A stretch of DNA of 64,000 bases, filler included, from Octopus bimaculoides (GCF_001194135.2; 7 parts of 7 records of this genome joined end to end with filler, not necessarily neighbours in it), one strand, 5' to 3'. Positions 23,581 to 37,059 are shown, counted from the first letter of the whole stretch. The notes: generated from the sequence alone by a model not told the origin. Program-made: numbers and translations.

Positions 23581-24340
23581 GATGTGTGGTATGACAGTAT
23601 TTATGCTTTGTGTTAATTTATCATATTGCTATCTACTCTTCTCATATTCATGGAGAATGTTTCTTCCGGAGCATTCGCCAAGTCGGCGAGTCGTCTTTCA
23701 ATTTCAAGCAGTTCATTATCTAGTTGGTTCATTTCCTCTGCATGTCCACCCACCACAGTATCAGGGTTCACTGTATAACGTTCCTGCTCCTCATCCTTAA
23801 CAGCCCCATCACTATTTCCCTGTTCCTCCTGTCTACTCTTCTCTCTGTTTTCAAATCCCACTATCCTCTGTAGCCCATCCGCAGGGTCTCTTAGACTCTC
23901 ACTAATCCGAGATATTTCTACTCCAGTTAAGTAACCCTTCCTCTTAATCACTCTCACTTGGTTCATTAGTTTATTTTCTCACATTGGACGCATCTCCTCT
24001 TCCATCCAAAATATAGGTCGGCCTCCTCCGCGACTTCTTTCCAGCTTTGCTCTTCCATGACATCCAATAAGTGTATCGGGCTCTTCCTTCGTCTACTTAT
24101 GCCTGTATTTGTGCACACCGTGTATGTGATCTGTTGTGACATAACGACCGTCCGAGGCTAGATCACTTCCCCTGATGCAGGTGGTTTCGGACGTGCCGGG
24201 CGAGAAACCTTCACCATGATCGGCTATAGCTTCATTCTCGCCGTTAATTCCTTCATTGTTGTGTTGCATCATGATTTCGTGAGTCTATCGTGGGGTTCCC
24301 ACGAGAGTTATTATTGGGATCCCATCTCTCTCTTCCTCTC
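23581..24340 (-). mobile_element. Inverted 5' part of an R4/Dong-type LINE (family D1 N-terminus)
   Basis: Minus strand HK*TKEE..GCHGRAKLERSRG, ENKLMNQVRVIKRKGYLTGVEISRI, ending in ..SINTVIPHI at the (TAA)n tract. Confidence 0.65.
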
Positions 24341-24369
24341 TTTGCTTGTATATACACGTGTACATGTAT

Positions 24370-24430
<61 letters not shown>

Positions 24431-24524
24431 AATAACGTGCTTGCATTGTTTCGCCCCCGTAACCACAGTGATTATCATTACTACCATTGTCTGCCAACAG
24501 CATTTAAAACTATCAATAATAAAA

Positions 24525-24680
24525 TGGATCCCGGTATATTACAGCAGATCTTCATCGCTATTTATCAAATACTCGGCAAACGTTCTCCTTTCACTTCTTA
24601 TACAGTGCTCTATACTAATCAGTCCTCTTCCACCATTCTTTCTGTTCATATACAGTCTGTTTACGTTTGCAGTTAACACT
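24525..24680 (-). mobile_element. Inverted duplicate of the post-RT segment of the adjacent LINE
   Basis: The reverse complement reads NVNRLYMNRKNGGRGLISIEHCIRSERRTFAEYLINSDEDLL, matching + strand 26110-26250. Confidence 0.85.
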
Positions 24681-24689
24681 TAATCTTCA

Positions 24690-27184
24690 CCGGGATATTG
24701 CACTACTTAAGAGAACAAAAAATGGCGGAACAAAAGAACCGTTGTGGAAACGACGCATTGAAAAGGACATAATGCAAGCAGAGCAAGATCTAGGGGAAAA
24801 GACCGACCGAGAAAAAATAGAGAAGACATATTAAATACGGAAGAACGGGTTTGATGCAGTAATAGCGCAGTTAAATCATGGCAAAAGGCCAGATTAGAAG
24901 ATTTGTAATTAGAAATAATCAGTTCGATTAATATAGCCATCAGCATGGGTGATGTGAAAGAAAAATTAAAGTGCCTAACTGGAATGCCCCCGCACCAGAT
25001 AGGATTCATGGCTTCTGGCTGAAGAGATGCCACACGCTGCATGAAAGACTAGCAGCCCAATTGAATGAGTGTGTCCAGGAAGGTACAGTCCCCGCATAGA
25101 TGGTAACTGGGAGGACAACACTTGTAATGAAAGATAGAAGTAAGAGGAATATTGTGGGAAACTACCGTCCCATAGCATGCCTAAGCATAATTTGGAAGAT
25201 ACTCACTGGAATATGTGAGGCAAAGACATATACTTTCCTGGCACAAGAACAAATACTACCAAGGGCACAAAAAGTATGTAGGGAGAGTTCTCAGGATACC
25301 AAGGATCACCTGGTCATCGATGAAACAGTTTCGAGGAATTGTAAAAAATATACAAACATATCTATGGCTTGGATTGCCTTTAAAAAGGCACATGTTATGA
25401 TGCCTCATTCTTGTAGATGTTTAGTGTTGCTGACATCACAAATTTTCTGATGCATAGCATGAAAGAGTGGAAAAGCAAATTGTACTCAAGTAATGTATTC
25501 CTTGGAGAAGTTAATATTAAACGGGGAATCTTCCAAGGTGACTCGTTTTCTCCGTTACTATTTGTAATTGCACTAAAGCCAATAACAATGAGACTTAGGA
25601 AAGTTAAGATGGGTTACCGAGTGGGAAAAAGGCCCATCATTTAACCATCTGTTTAAGGATGACCTGAAATTGTTTGGGAAATCTGAAAAAACTGATAGAT
25701 TCTTTAACGAAAACAGTCCAGAAGTGTGGTAGGGACATCGGCATGAAATTTGGGATTACTAAATGCTCAGTACTTAATATGAAAAGAGGGAAGAAAGCAG
25801 CCTGCAGAGGATTGCAGTTACCATCAGCAGAGATCATAGGTGAACCCGACGGTAGTGGGTATAGATATTTGGGGATTTTGGAGCTGGAAGAAATGAAAGT
25901 CAAGGTCAGCAAGGTATATAAAAAGAGGGTGAAGATGGTGTTGAAATCCAACCTAAATGCCAAAAATTTGATTACCGCAATGAATATCTGGGCGGTTGCG
26001 GTGGCCAAATATAGTGCGTTCATCCTCAAATGGACTAAGGAGGAAATATCAACACTGGATAAGAGGACGAGAAAGTTGATGACGATGCATGGGGCGCTAC
26101 ACCATAAAGCAAATGTAAACAGACTGTATATGAAAAGAAAGAATGGCGGCAGAGGACTAATTAGTATAGACCATTGTTAAAGGAGTGAAAGGAGAAGGCT
26201 TGCCGAGTATTTGATAAATAGTGATGAAGACCTGCTGCAATATGCCACGAAAAATATGGGTGTAAATGCAAAAGAAATGATGGGCAATGCAGTGTTTAAA
26301 CAAAGAGCTGAGGAGACGAGAAAAGAAGACTTTCTTGAAATGAGAATGCATGGATAGTTTGAAAGGAATACACAAGACGTTGAGAATGATACAACATTGT
26401 GGGCATGGCTTCAGCGGGATGATTTCAAGCGTACCACTGAAAGCCTGATCATTGCTGCACAAGAGCAGGCTCTCGCTATCAATTCAGTGAAGTATAACAT
26501 CTATAAAACTTCTGACACCCAGAAATACAGACTCTGTGGAAAGAGTGTGAAAAATGTTACCCACTTGGTAAATGGATCTGAGAGCCTTGCATAAAAAGGA
26601 TACAAACGCCGCCACGATAAATTGTGTGTGTGTGTGTATCTTTATTGGCTCTAATGCCGTAAATACCAATATGAAGTAACAGAGAACTGGTATGAGCATG
26701 TACCAAGTAAAGTTATGCAGGAGGGTGGAAAAGTAACGATACTCTGGGGCTATGATTTTCAGACGGATTGAGTAATTGAACACCGTCGGCCGGATATTGT
26801 CCTATTGAATAAAGAGAGACAAATGCTGTCAGATCATTGATGTAGCCATACCAAATGACATGAATGTTGTGAGTAAAGAGGTTGAAAAAATCACCAATTA
26901 CTCCGAATTGAAAGTGGAAATGGCAAGACTGTATGGAATGCGAGAGGGAAATGTAAAAGTGATACCAGTGGTGATCGGAGCGTTGGGCTCGATCCCATTG
27001 AAACATCATGACTTCTTATGACAATTGGAAATCTCATGCAAGATTCATGTCTTGCAAAAAGCAGCGTTATATTTGGCACACCGCGCATCTTTAGGAAAAC
27101 TATTATCTGTCTGAGGTCCTTGTTGTGACTTGACAGATGACTAAAAACTCCGGTGCATTTTTACCTACACTGTGTTACGAAGGA
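24690..27184 (+). mobile_element. R4/Dong-type RLE LINE (family D1): RT, zinc knuckle and RLE; pseudogenised; (TAA)n tail
   Basis: EPLWKRRIEKD, GNYRPIACL, GIFQGDSFSPLLFVIALKP, HLFKDDLKLFG (YxDD position), YRYLGILE, GGRGL, ESLIIAAQEQAL, RRHD, RRPDIV, IIDVAIPND, KEVEKITNY. Many stops and frameshifts. Confidence 0.92.
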
Positions 27185-27193
27185 ATAATAATG

Positions 27194-27249
<56 letters not shown>

Positions 27250-27252
<3 letters not shown>

Positions 27253-27545
27253 AATTAAGATCGCTAAGATGTGGCAGTTACGGGAGTCAAACATAAAGGT
27301 TATCCCTATTGTCATCTGAGCATTGGGTTCAATACCACCCAATCTGAAATAACATCTGAAAATATTAGAAATACCCTACAACCTAGATGTATTGCAAAAG
27401 TCGACATTACTTGGAACCACACGCATATTGCATAAAGTACTGTCTGTCTGTCTGTCCTTGTTATGACTTGACAAACAGTACAAACCCCGTAGACACAATA
27501 TCTTTAATCAACAACCTCACGATATTGTATACTGTGCGACGTCTA
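27250..27545 (+). mobile_element. R4/Dong-type LINE 3' end (another family), between two (TAA)n tracts
   Basis: IAKMWQLRESNIKVIPIVI*ALGSIP..LQKSTLLGTTRILHKVLS. Confidence 0.8.
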
Positions 27546-27547
27546 TG

Positions 27548-27598
<51 letters not shown>

Positions 27599-28474
27599 NN
27601 NNNNNNNNNNNNNNNNNNNNNNNNNNNNNNNNNNNNNNNNNNNNNNNNNNNNNNNNNNNNNNNNNNNNNNNNNNNNNNNNNNNNNNNNNNNNNNNNNNNN
27701 NNNNNNNNNNNNNNNNNNNNNNNNNNNNNNNNNNNNNNNNNNNNNNNNNNNNNNNNNNNNNNNNNNNNNNNNNNNNNNNNNNNNNNNNNNNNNNNNNNNN
27801 NNNNNNNNNNNNNNNNNNNNNNNNNNNNNNNNNNNNNNNNNNNNNNNNNNNNNNNNNNNNNNNNNNNNNNNNNNNNNNNNNNNNNNNNNNNNNNNNNNNN
27901 NNNNNNNNNNNNNNNNNNNNNNNNNNNNNNNNNNNNNNNNNNNNNNNNNNNNNNNNNNNNNNNNNNNNNNNNNNNNNNNNNNNNNNNNNNNNNNNNNNNN
28001 NNNNNNNNNNNNNNNNNNNNNNNNNNNNNNNNNNNNNNNNNNNNNNNNNNNNNNNNNNNNNNNNNNNNNNNNNNNNNNNNNNNNNNNNNNNNNNNNNNNN
28101 NNNNNNNNNNNNNNNNNNNNNNNNNNNNNNNNNNNNNNNNNNNNNNNNNNNNNNNNNNNNNNNNNNNNNNNNNNNNNNNNNNNNNNNNNNNNNNNNNNNN
28201 NNNNNNNNNNNNNNNNNNNNNNNNNNNNNNNNNNNNNNNNNNNNNNNNNNNNNNNNNNNNNNNNNNNNNNNNNNNNNNNNNNNNNNNNNNNNNNNNNNNN
28301 NNNNNNNNNNNNNNNNNNNNNNNNNNNNNNNNNNNNNNNNNNNNNNNNNNNNNNNNNNNNNNNNNNNNNNNNNNNNNNNNNNNNNNNNNNNNNNNNNNNN
28401 NNNNNNNNNNNNNNNNNNNNNNNNNNNNNNNNNNNNNNNNNNNNNNNNNNNNNNNNNNNNNNNNNNNNNNNNNN

Positions 28475-28740
28475 GAATCTAAAAACAGAAACAATTCCTA
28501 TCATAGTAGGTGCCTTAGGTATAATAAAAAAATATTCAGACAAATACATAACAAAAACACCAGGACTTACAAATATATATAACATACAGAAAATTGCACT
28601 ACTGGGTACTGCACACATTCTACGCAAAACACTTTCAATACAGTAAACATAAGAGCACCACAGCAAACCACAGCACATACCCAAGGCGCACAGAGCTGCG
28701 CTCGGTAGTGAAGTGAAAGCACGTTATAAAAATAAAACTA

Positions 28741-28743
<3 letters not shown>
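28475..28743 (+). mobile_element. R4/Dong-type LINE 3' end (another family), followed by (TAA)n
   Basis: LKTETIPIIVGALGIIKK..IQKIALLGTAHILRKTLSIQ*. Confidence 0.8.
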
Positions 28744-28801
<58 letters not shown>

Positions 28802-29949
28802 TGTGTGGAACTCCAATAGTTATGCAAAAACCACATCTCCACACCGAGTTGCACAAACACACACGCTGATACACACATACACACATACACGCACGCACAC
28901 ACACACACACACTCAACCAGAGCAACAAGAACAAGAACAACAAGAACAACTACAACAACGACAAAGACAACAACAATTGTCCCTCGCCTATTTATTCTTT
29001 ATCCACTTATGCAGAGAGAGAAAGGAAAACACACGTCGACAAAGAAATGACAAAAAATGACATCCACAAAAAGCATCCACCAGGCAGCAGCCAACCAAAA
29101 TATTTCAAATACCACACATAAACTTCACCCTCTCTCTCGCCCCCTCTCCCACACTCTCGCCCTCTTTCTCTCTCTTTCTTTCTCTCGCACACACGCGTAC
29201 ACACACCATAGACATGCGCACACCACAATAATACAAAAACATAACGACACATTTAATCAGACACTAGGAAATGATAATCAAATACCCATAAGATGCAAAA
29301 TCGGCGAACAACTGAGAGTTGAAGTAATTTCATTTTGATGACAACGAATGGAAAGTTCACACGGGTGTGTGCGTGCGCAAGCTCACAGAAACGTGCGGTG
29401 AAAAACATTTACCAAACTACATAGAAAAAATGACTCAACTATGAACTCTAATATCTCTTTATCTGTGAAATAATCCGTCGAAGAATAAAAAGAATTCTAT
29501 AAATAAATGTGTCCTAATGAAAGAAAGGAATGTGTCCGCAACTAATAAATTTATGGGATTTAATATATAAACTCTTCAAATAATCTGAGAAAGAAAAAAA
29601 AATTCCCCATAAACTCAGAAAAATAAAGAAACTAAAACAACAGCACTAGTACCTATATATGTACCTGACTGAAATAATATTATCTTCAATGATAAAAATA
29701 ATACATTAGAATAAAAGAAAATGCGAGTTCAAGAGAGACAGAAGTAGTAGATAATAACGAATGCAAACTAGAAACCAATAAACTGATCGCTACAAGACCG
29801 ACGCAGGTAAATGAACAGCAAAGCAGAAATGTAACAATTCCCGCCTGAATATTGTAGTAGCGTGAAATGAGAGTCGTGATACACATATTCAGTCTAAATA
29901 AGACATATATTATTGGATACTTGTTGAAATATTATTAACCTTTAAAGCA

Positions 29950-30014
<65 letters not shown>

Positions 30015-30124
30015 AATAAATCGTTTGGTTGTTTGTAGATAAAGCACGTTCACTAGCTCAGGGTTCGTTGTTTGTTTGATTATGTGATAAACGGAAGATG
30101 GGAGATATTAAAATCTTTATTGAT

Positions 30125-30169
30125 CACTACAATTGTTTCGACCCATCTATCATCGATCCTTCGCAGGTG
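30125..30169 (-). ncRNA. Degenerate minimal type I hammerhead-like motif in a Penelope-like terminal segment
   Basis: The reverse complement is cac-CTGCGA-aggatcgatgatagatgggtc-GAAA-caattg-TA-gtg: stem I cac/gtg, palindromic helix III acaattgt, core missing one A of CUGACGA. Confidence 0.45.
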
Positions 30170-30303
30170 GGATTCTGAACATCTGTTTTAGGTGTATCCC
30201 TTGGTGTAGGTGTGTCACCTCAGGTGATTTCAAGAAGTATTTCGTTATGATTTCTTGTTGATCTTCCTATATAGAAATGGCAAATCGTGTATTTGTTTCT
30301 TTT

Positions 30304-30362
<59 letters not shown>

Positions 30363-30821
30363 GTCTGTCTATCTATCTACCTATCTATATCATAAGATAT
30401 TTGTGGCAGAATGTTTACATTTTGAAATACATACACACGTGGATGGATTGTTTTCCTCTGTTTTGGCAGATTCAGTTGTACGATATCTGAATTACCTACC
30501 ATTGAATGAGCTGCCACTTGTACTTCATAGTCAGTATGGAACAGCGTACGGCAACAAAGCTATATGTTTTAAATTTCAGTTAGCATTGAACCGACAGACT
30601 ACTATACACTTTTCCTCTGTGTGGGTCAACCCATAGCTTTATGAAAAGAAACTTGCCCGTACCCCACACTGTAAAATTGAACCCCATTGTTGCAACACGA
30701 ACTATTTGTCTATTCTGCCAGACATAGACTTTATACACTTCTAGGCAAAAAGATTCTTCGATGGACATACTCAGCGTTTCTAATTAAGACAACTCTAGAT
30801 ATTAGATATCCTTTACTATAC

Positions 30822-30996
30822 GCAGGAGGCGTAGGATTGGCTGGGTGGTAAGTAGCTTGCTTACCAACCACATGGTTCCGGGTTCAGCCCCACTGCATGG
30901 CACCTTGGGCAAGCGTCTTGTACTATAGCCTCGGGCTGACCAAAGCTTTGTGAGTGGATTTGCCAGACGGAAACAGAAAAAAGCCCGTTGTACATG

Positions 30997-31040
<44 letters not shown>

Positions 31041-31170
31041 TATGTCTGTGTGTCTGCTGTTGTCCCCCACTATGTTTACAAAGAATATGTCCTGGGGTCG
31101 ATTTGCTCGACTAAAGGCGGTGCTCCAGCATGGCCGCAGTCAAAATAACTGAAAGAAGTAAAAGAATACC
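30822..31170 (+). mobile_element. SINE group B with internal (TA)(TG)n
   Basis: tRNA-like head gggtggtaagtagcttgct..ggttcagccc, ccttgggcaag, internal microsatellite, tail ctggggtcgatttgctcgactaaaggcggtgctccagcatggccgcagtc. Confidence 0.85.
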
Positions 31171-34100
31171 TCAATGTAGTGATGGACAAACAATTTTTCT
31201 ACGACTCTGGCCAGAAAACTTTAATGTTGTCGTAATTAGATTTTAGCGAACCCGCTGTAAAACGCCTACACGTGACTGGCTGTTAGTGGGCGGCGAATGG
31301 TACCAGTTGCAGCTCTCGCAAGTCATTATATTTAACTATCTTCCTACACGTCAACTAAATTATGGAACCACAAGTGACTTACTGTCACTCGTTTACTCAC
31401 TACTTGTTCACTCATATCATGTATGCAGTTTCCTGTGCTACATCAGTACTATCAACATGCGCACGCACACTCACACACACGCACGCACGCACACACAGAC
31501 ATACACATACGCATACGCACACACACACAATCGCACACACACACACATACACAGACACACAAACAAACATAAATCTGCAAAATTGCTATATATACATACA
31601 GAGCTCCGATTATCTATGATATCCAATTATGATTGTTATTGCTGGGAGTTTGTCACGTGGTTTCCTCTGCTCAATCAGATATAAGGTGATCATTGGTCTA
31701 CAATGGACGAGAAATATCTTCAAGCTACCAACTCCCCCACCCTGTCACTTCTAGAGCAAATGTGACAATTTCCTTTATTTCCGTTTTTGGTCTATCATCA
31801 CTCATCTGCTTCATTCTTTGACAGGATCCAACTTTGTTGAAATAGCCTCTCAGAGCGACCGAAGAGGAAATGCAATTAATTGAATAATTATAATGTGATT
31901 TCTATCTTGAAATAATATTTTTGCCCAGCTGCCATGTTTAAGATATCTGCTTTAAAAATGTATCAGCGAAGAAACATATAGTGGGTCGCGACTCGCACTA
32001 GAAATAATAGTTAAATCTCCAATTTACACCATACTCTCTTCATCATTAGGACACAAACAATTTAGACTTATGTATATTATGAAATACGAATGTTCACAGT
32101 TGAAATGTTTGATGATCTGATTGTTCCATCCGGACTCTCCCTGAACTAAATAACAACATTATGACCAACATCACAGTCAAGAATAACAACAATATTCTGA
32201 ACAAGAATTTTCACAGAAACACCTGAAACCGATTTCAATTGAGTGGAAATTGAAGAACTGTTGTACTTGCTCTGCCATTGTTGCTGCTTCTCATTGGTGT
32301 TTCTTTGATGGTTTCTGATGTTTTACTTTACGATGACCTTAAACAAACAAACTTCGTAGCAAATTTGAATAATTCTTAACCAGAAAGTTTCGAACTCAGA
32401 AATTAATTTCACTTTCAAATGCTAATATCTCTAAACACTGTTAAGAGATAGAATTTAGCCCACGGTTCGTCCCCGATGTAATAGGATTGCTGAAGGTCTG
32501 GCAAAAATTTGAAGAAAGCCAGGTGAACTAATAGTTTTAACCGAATCACCAATTACCGAAAGGCATACAGTGAATTTGAACTGAATTGTTATCAACTGGT
32601 CATCCAATACTGTATCCATTGGATCAAATCACTGATACGGCTGATCAAATCACTGATACGGCTGATCAAATTGGTTGGAACATATTACTGATGGACAGAG
32701 AGATAAATCTCTTTCTCAAAGCTCAGCTGAGTTTCAGAGTTTCGACATAATCTTGTGTATTGCTATTGTTTTTGTTCAACTAGCTCAACTTTGATGAGGA
32801 CATCTCGTAAGCAAACAATCCTGTCATAACATTCGTGTCATTTTATTTCATAGTTTATATATCGCGAGTTGAATTATCTAATACATTCTTTCTGACAGAT
32901 TATTCTTCTTTTTAAAAATGTTGGAATTAATTTGAGGGTTACATGGCTATTATTTCGAAAAATCATGCTGGGTGTCAGTCAGCAGGTCATTCTCTTGAAG
33001 GAATGCAATTAGTTTCTTTCGGACTAATCATTAAATGATTTGCTGATGTGTATGGTCAGAGAGATAGGCCTATAATTTGTAACATATGTTGTAATTACCC
33101 CTTTATGGTTAGGGCACATTATTCCCTCCTTCAACTTTTGCCTGCGAGCTTCACACTTGCAAGAAAGCCCTGAAAACGAAGCTGCATTGGTTTTTCAAAG
33201 GCTCGTTTTCATGATATATATATGATTAAAAATTCAGAAACAACATGATTTGAAAAACCTTACAACCCATTCACGAAATATGAAACACAATAAACGCTTA
33301 AATCTTTATTCCGAGTTTTTAACTCGAGAAATATTCCCACACACATAAGTCTAAATGACTTTGTCTAATCTTGGTTTTTAAATGGCGTCCAATTACAGTT
33401 TAACCTGCTGTTTCCCACTGAAGTGTATTTAGGGTTTCATATTCATTGGTATTTCGAAAATTCTGTAATTTAGTAGCAGCAGCAATGTCTAGCATACTAA
33501 TCCCTTATCCTTTCCAGAGAATGCATTCTTCTCTCAGACCTGATGTGCCCTAACTTTCGCTATTTTCTGTATCTTGTTCTCTTACTTCTTGCTATAAAGG
33601 ACCCACTCATCATCGCCTTCATCTTTGCCTATTACAAAGCAGATCAAAGAATACTTGTTTCAGTCCAAGTATTTCTACACATCTGTATGCAACCTAGATT
33701 ACGCAAGCAAAACCAGTTGTGATTTTCGAATAGACATCTGGAAGTACTTTCCGGAGGGACAATGCAAATCTTGTTTGTTTTACCAGCGAAACAGAATTCC
33801 TATCCAGGAAACACCGTCATCATAAAACCCTCTTATACATAAACAGTAGCGAACTGGAGCTCTAACACTCGATTTAGGTTTTAGGCGCCAATATAATAGA
33901 GGATCTCTTCTAGAAAATTCAGTACCCTGTATCGTGAACAGTTAGGACGGTTCTCTGTGAGTGTCACATCTCTTCACAACCAGACAATATTTCGACTTTC
34001 AGTGTTTTGAATATAAGTGACGACTACAATGATAACTGATGATGACGACGACGACGACGACGATAACTGACGGCTATGATGACGGCGGGGGCAATGAGGA

Positions 34101-34179
34101 CAACACCAACGACGAAGGATGATGACGGTGGTGGTGAAAAAGGAGGAGGGGGTCGAATTATGCGACGAATTCTATGAAG

Positions 34180-34180
34180 A

Positions 34181-34211
<31 letters not shown>

Positions 34212-34224
34212 CGACGGTGATGAC

Positions 34225-34265
<41 letters not shown>

Positions 34266-34560
34266 CGGTGATGATGATGACGATGATGATGATGATGACG
34301 GTGATGACGATGATGATGATGATGATGATGATGACGGTGATGATGATGACGATGATGATGATGATGATGACGGTGATGACGACGATGATGATGATGATGA
34401 TGATGATGACGGTGATGATGATGACGATGATGATAATGATGATGACGGTGATGACGATGATGATGATGATGATGATGATGACGGTGATGACAGTGATGAT
34501 GATGACGATGATGATGATGATGTTAACGACGATGCTGATGATGAAGATGATGAAGTTGAC
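34180..34560. repeat. (GAT)n microsatellite with periodic GACGGT interruptions
   Basis: Directly visible; gacggt recurs about every 33-36 nt. Confidence 0.9.
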
Positions 34561-34875
34561 GTCAACAGCGTGAGTAAGTATTAATTGAATTTAATTAGAA
34601 TCAAACAAGAAATTAAAATTGTCGAACAATCAGGAACAATTGTTAATTAATTTAATTTAGAAATATACATAAGTTATTGTGTTTGTGAAGTGATTGAATA
34701 AATGATGGAAAACACACACAGAACCACAAACAGTTGAATACGCGCATATCTATATATATATATATATATATATATNNNNNNNNNNNNNNNNNNNNNNNNN
34801 NNNNNNNNNNNNNNNNNNNTTAATTAATTAANNNNNNNNNNNNNNNNNNNNNNNNNNNNNNNNNNNNNNNNNNNN

Positions 34876-34915
<40 letters not shown>

Positions 34916-35844
34916 GCGCACACAGAAATTCACACATATAGTTATATTTATATCTATGTAGATATTTACATGATTATGTGTATGTGTACACAATCATATA
35001 TATATTTACATATTCATATATGCACACATACATACAGATGTGCATGCACATGTGTACGCGCGCGCATGCGTGTGTGTATGCGTTTGTCGGTGTAGTTATC
35101 TACCATGACAAGACGAAAGCGAATTGTTTTGTGCGTGTTAGAGATGTTTCTCTCGCTTTCATGTTCGTTCCTTCTTTCGCTTATTATATTTCTTGACTAT
35201 GCATTGACATACTACACAGAAACATCATGTAATTACATTCTTCATACTGTTCAATTATTTCTACTAATTATAAACAAACACCTCAAACTAAAAATAACAA
35301 ACAGCTCGTATATTCTCTTCACCGCTTCCCTCCGCTCCACGTCTTTTCCAGTTCCTTTTGTTGAAAAGGATTCTCGATTGTTTTCACTTATACATTCTTG
35401 TCATTTAGACAATCATATTAAGTAATTATGTTGATTATCTAGTCGTTGAGCCCCAGTTAATAAGATGTGCCACTATCAATCACTCAGTCTCATTCTCTCT
35501 CTCTCACTCTCTAGGCGCCTCAGTTTATCTCGTGTCGAGTACTGAGTTCAAAATCTTACAGCAGCTACAAATTGTAGAAGCATTTTTATTCAAATTAATT
35601 AATTATTCAGGGTAAGTGGAGTTTGGATTTGTAGTGGCAGAATCGGTAGAGCGCTGGCCGAAATATACTGTAATAGTTAGTTAGATTCTTGTACGCCCTT
35701 AGTTCAAATCCTGACTGTATTAGTGACATTGCATTTTATGCTCCATCTGAATTAATATATTCAATACTGAGTAAATTTTTATCTGAAGTTCGAATTGAAA
35801 TATTAGGTTTACGAAGAAGATTATTTTGATATTACCATACTGTA

Positions 35845-36065
35845 TAAGGCGGCAAGCTGACAGAATTTTTAGCACGCCGGGCGAAATATTTTGTGTTATT
35901 TCGTCTGTCTTCACGTTCTGAGTTCAAATGCCAACGGGGGTGACTTCGCCGTTCATCCTTTCGAGATCAATAAATTAAGTACCAGTTAAGCACTGAGGTC
36001 GAGATAATCGACTGGTCTCCTTCCCCCAAAATTTTCGGCTTTCTGATTATAGTGGAAAGGATATC
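35845..36065 (+). mobile_element. SINE group A, tail type ii
   Basis: aaggcggcaagctgacagaa...gagttcaaatgcc...gtggaaaggat. Confidence 0.8.
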
Positions 36066-36321
36066 ACCATACCGGATTATAAAGTCTGCATAAAACATAC
36101 ATTCTGTATTATACGGCCAGGACATATTTAACTATACAGTCAGTAAACTGATATCATACTGAATTATGTAGCTTGTAGAGAGTGTCATATTTAGTGATTT
36201 CAAGTGGAGACCGATATCATTGAATTATGATACGTTACACGGATACCATTCTGTATTATACAGCCAATAGACAGTGATCATACAAGATTATACAGTTTGA
36301 AGCAAGCATTATACTAACATA

Positions 36322-36444
36322 CGAGGGGTGTATGAAAAGCCTTGAGCCCTCAAAAAGCAAAACATGGTACAAGACTTCTGATGAAGGTACAAGACTTCAA
36401 GGTTCAAAGGCCTTGAAGGCTCAAAACTTTTCATACAGCCCTCG
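36322..36444. mobile_element. 123-bp Tc1/mariner-type mini-MITE with TA TSD
   Basis: ta|cgaggggtgtatgaaaag ... cttttcatacagccctcg|ta. Confidence 0.85.
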
Positions 36445-37059
36445 TATTTAGGCTGGAGACCAACATTATTCTGGATTACACAACTTCTAGGCGACAGATT
36501 AGCAGAGTTATTGGATGAAATGCGTTGTGGAATCTATTCAAATGCCGATGAGATCAACTTTGTCTTTTATCTCTCAGAGTCAGCAAAGAGTTTGGGTTTT
36601 GCCAATTTCCCCCAGATCGAACAAATAAAAGAACATTTCCTTCCACGATCGTTGAATAAATAGCAGTCCACATTTTTGTTGCCTTTTTAAGTGAATTAAT
36701 TTACTATATGAACACAAGGCCATGTTTATTATATTGACGAAAGGTCATATTTAGTAAGGCGAGAACAGTCGATTATACTGACTCGAGCATCTGCGACGGA
36801 TATAAAGCAAGGGTGAGGTCGGTGGAATTTGAAATCAGATCGTTAATGGAAACACTTAACTACAGTAAAACGTTTTGTATGAAATTTTGAAGATCTTGCC
36901 TCTAGACCACCGTTACGTTTCAACTGAATTAGAAAATAGAATTAATCCAAATTATTGTTTGACATGAAACCTCTACTGGAAAGACATTTGATTTCTAGAG
37001 CCAACACAATGTCTGTACTCTGGACATTCAGCCTTGAACAATCAAAATCAACTAGTTGC

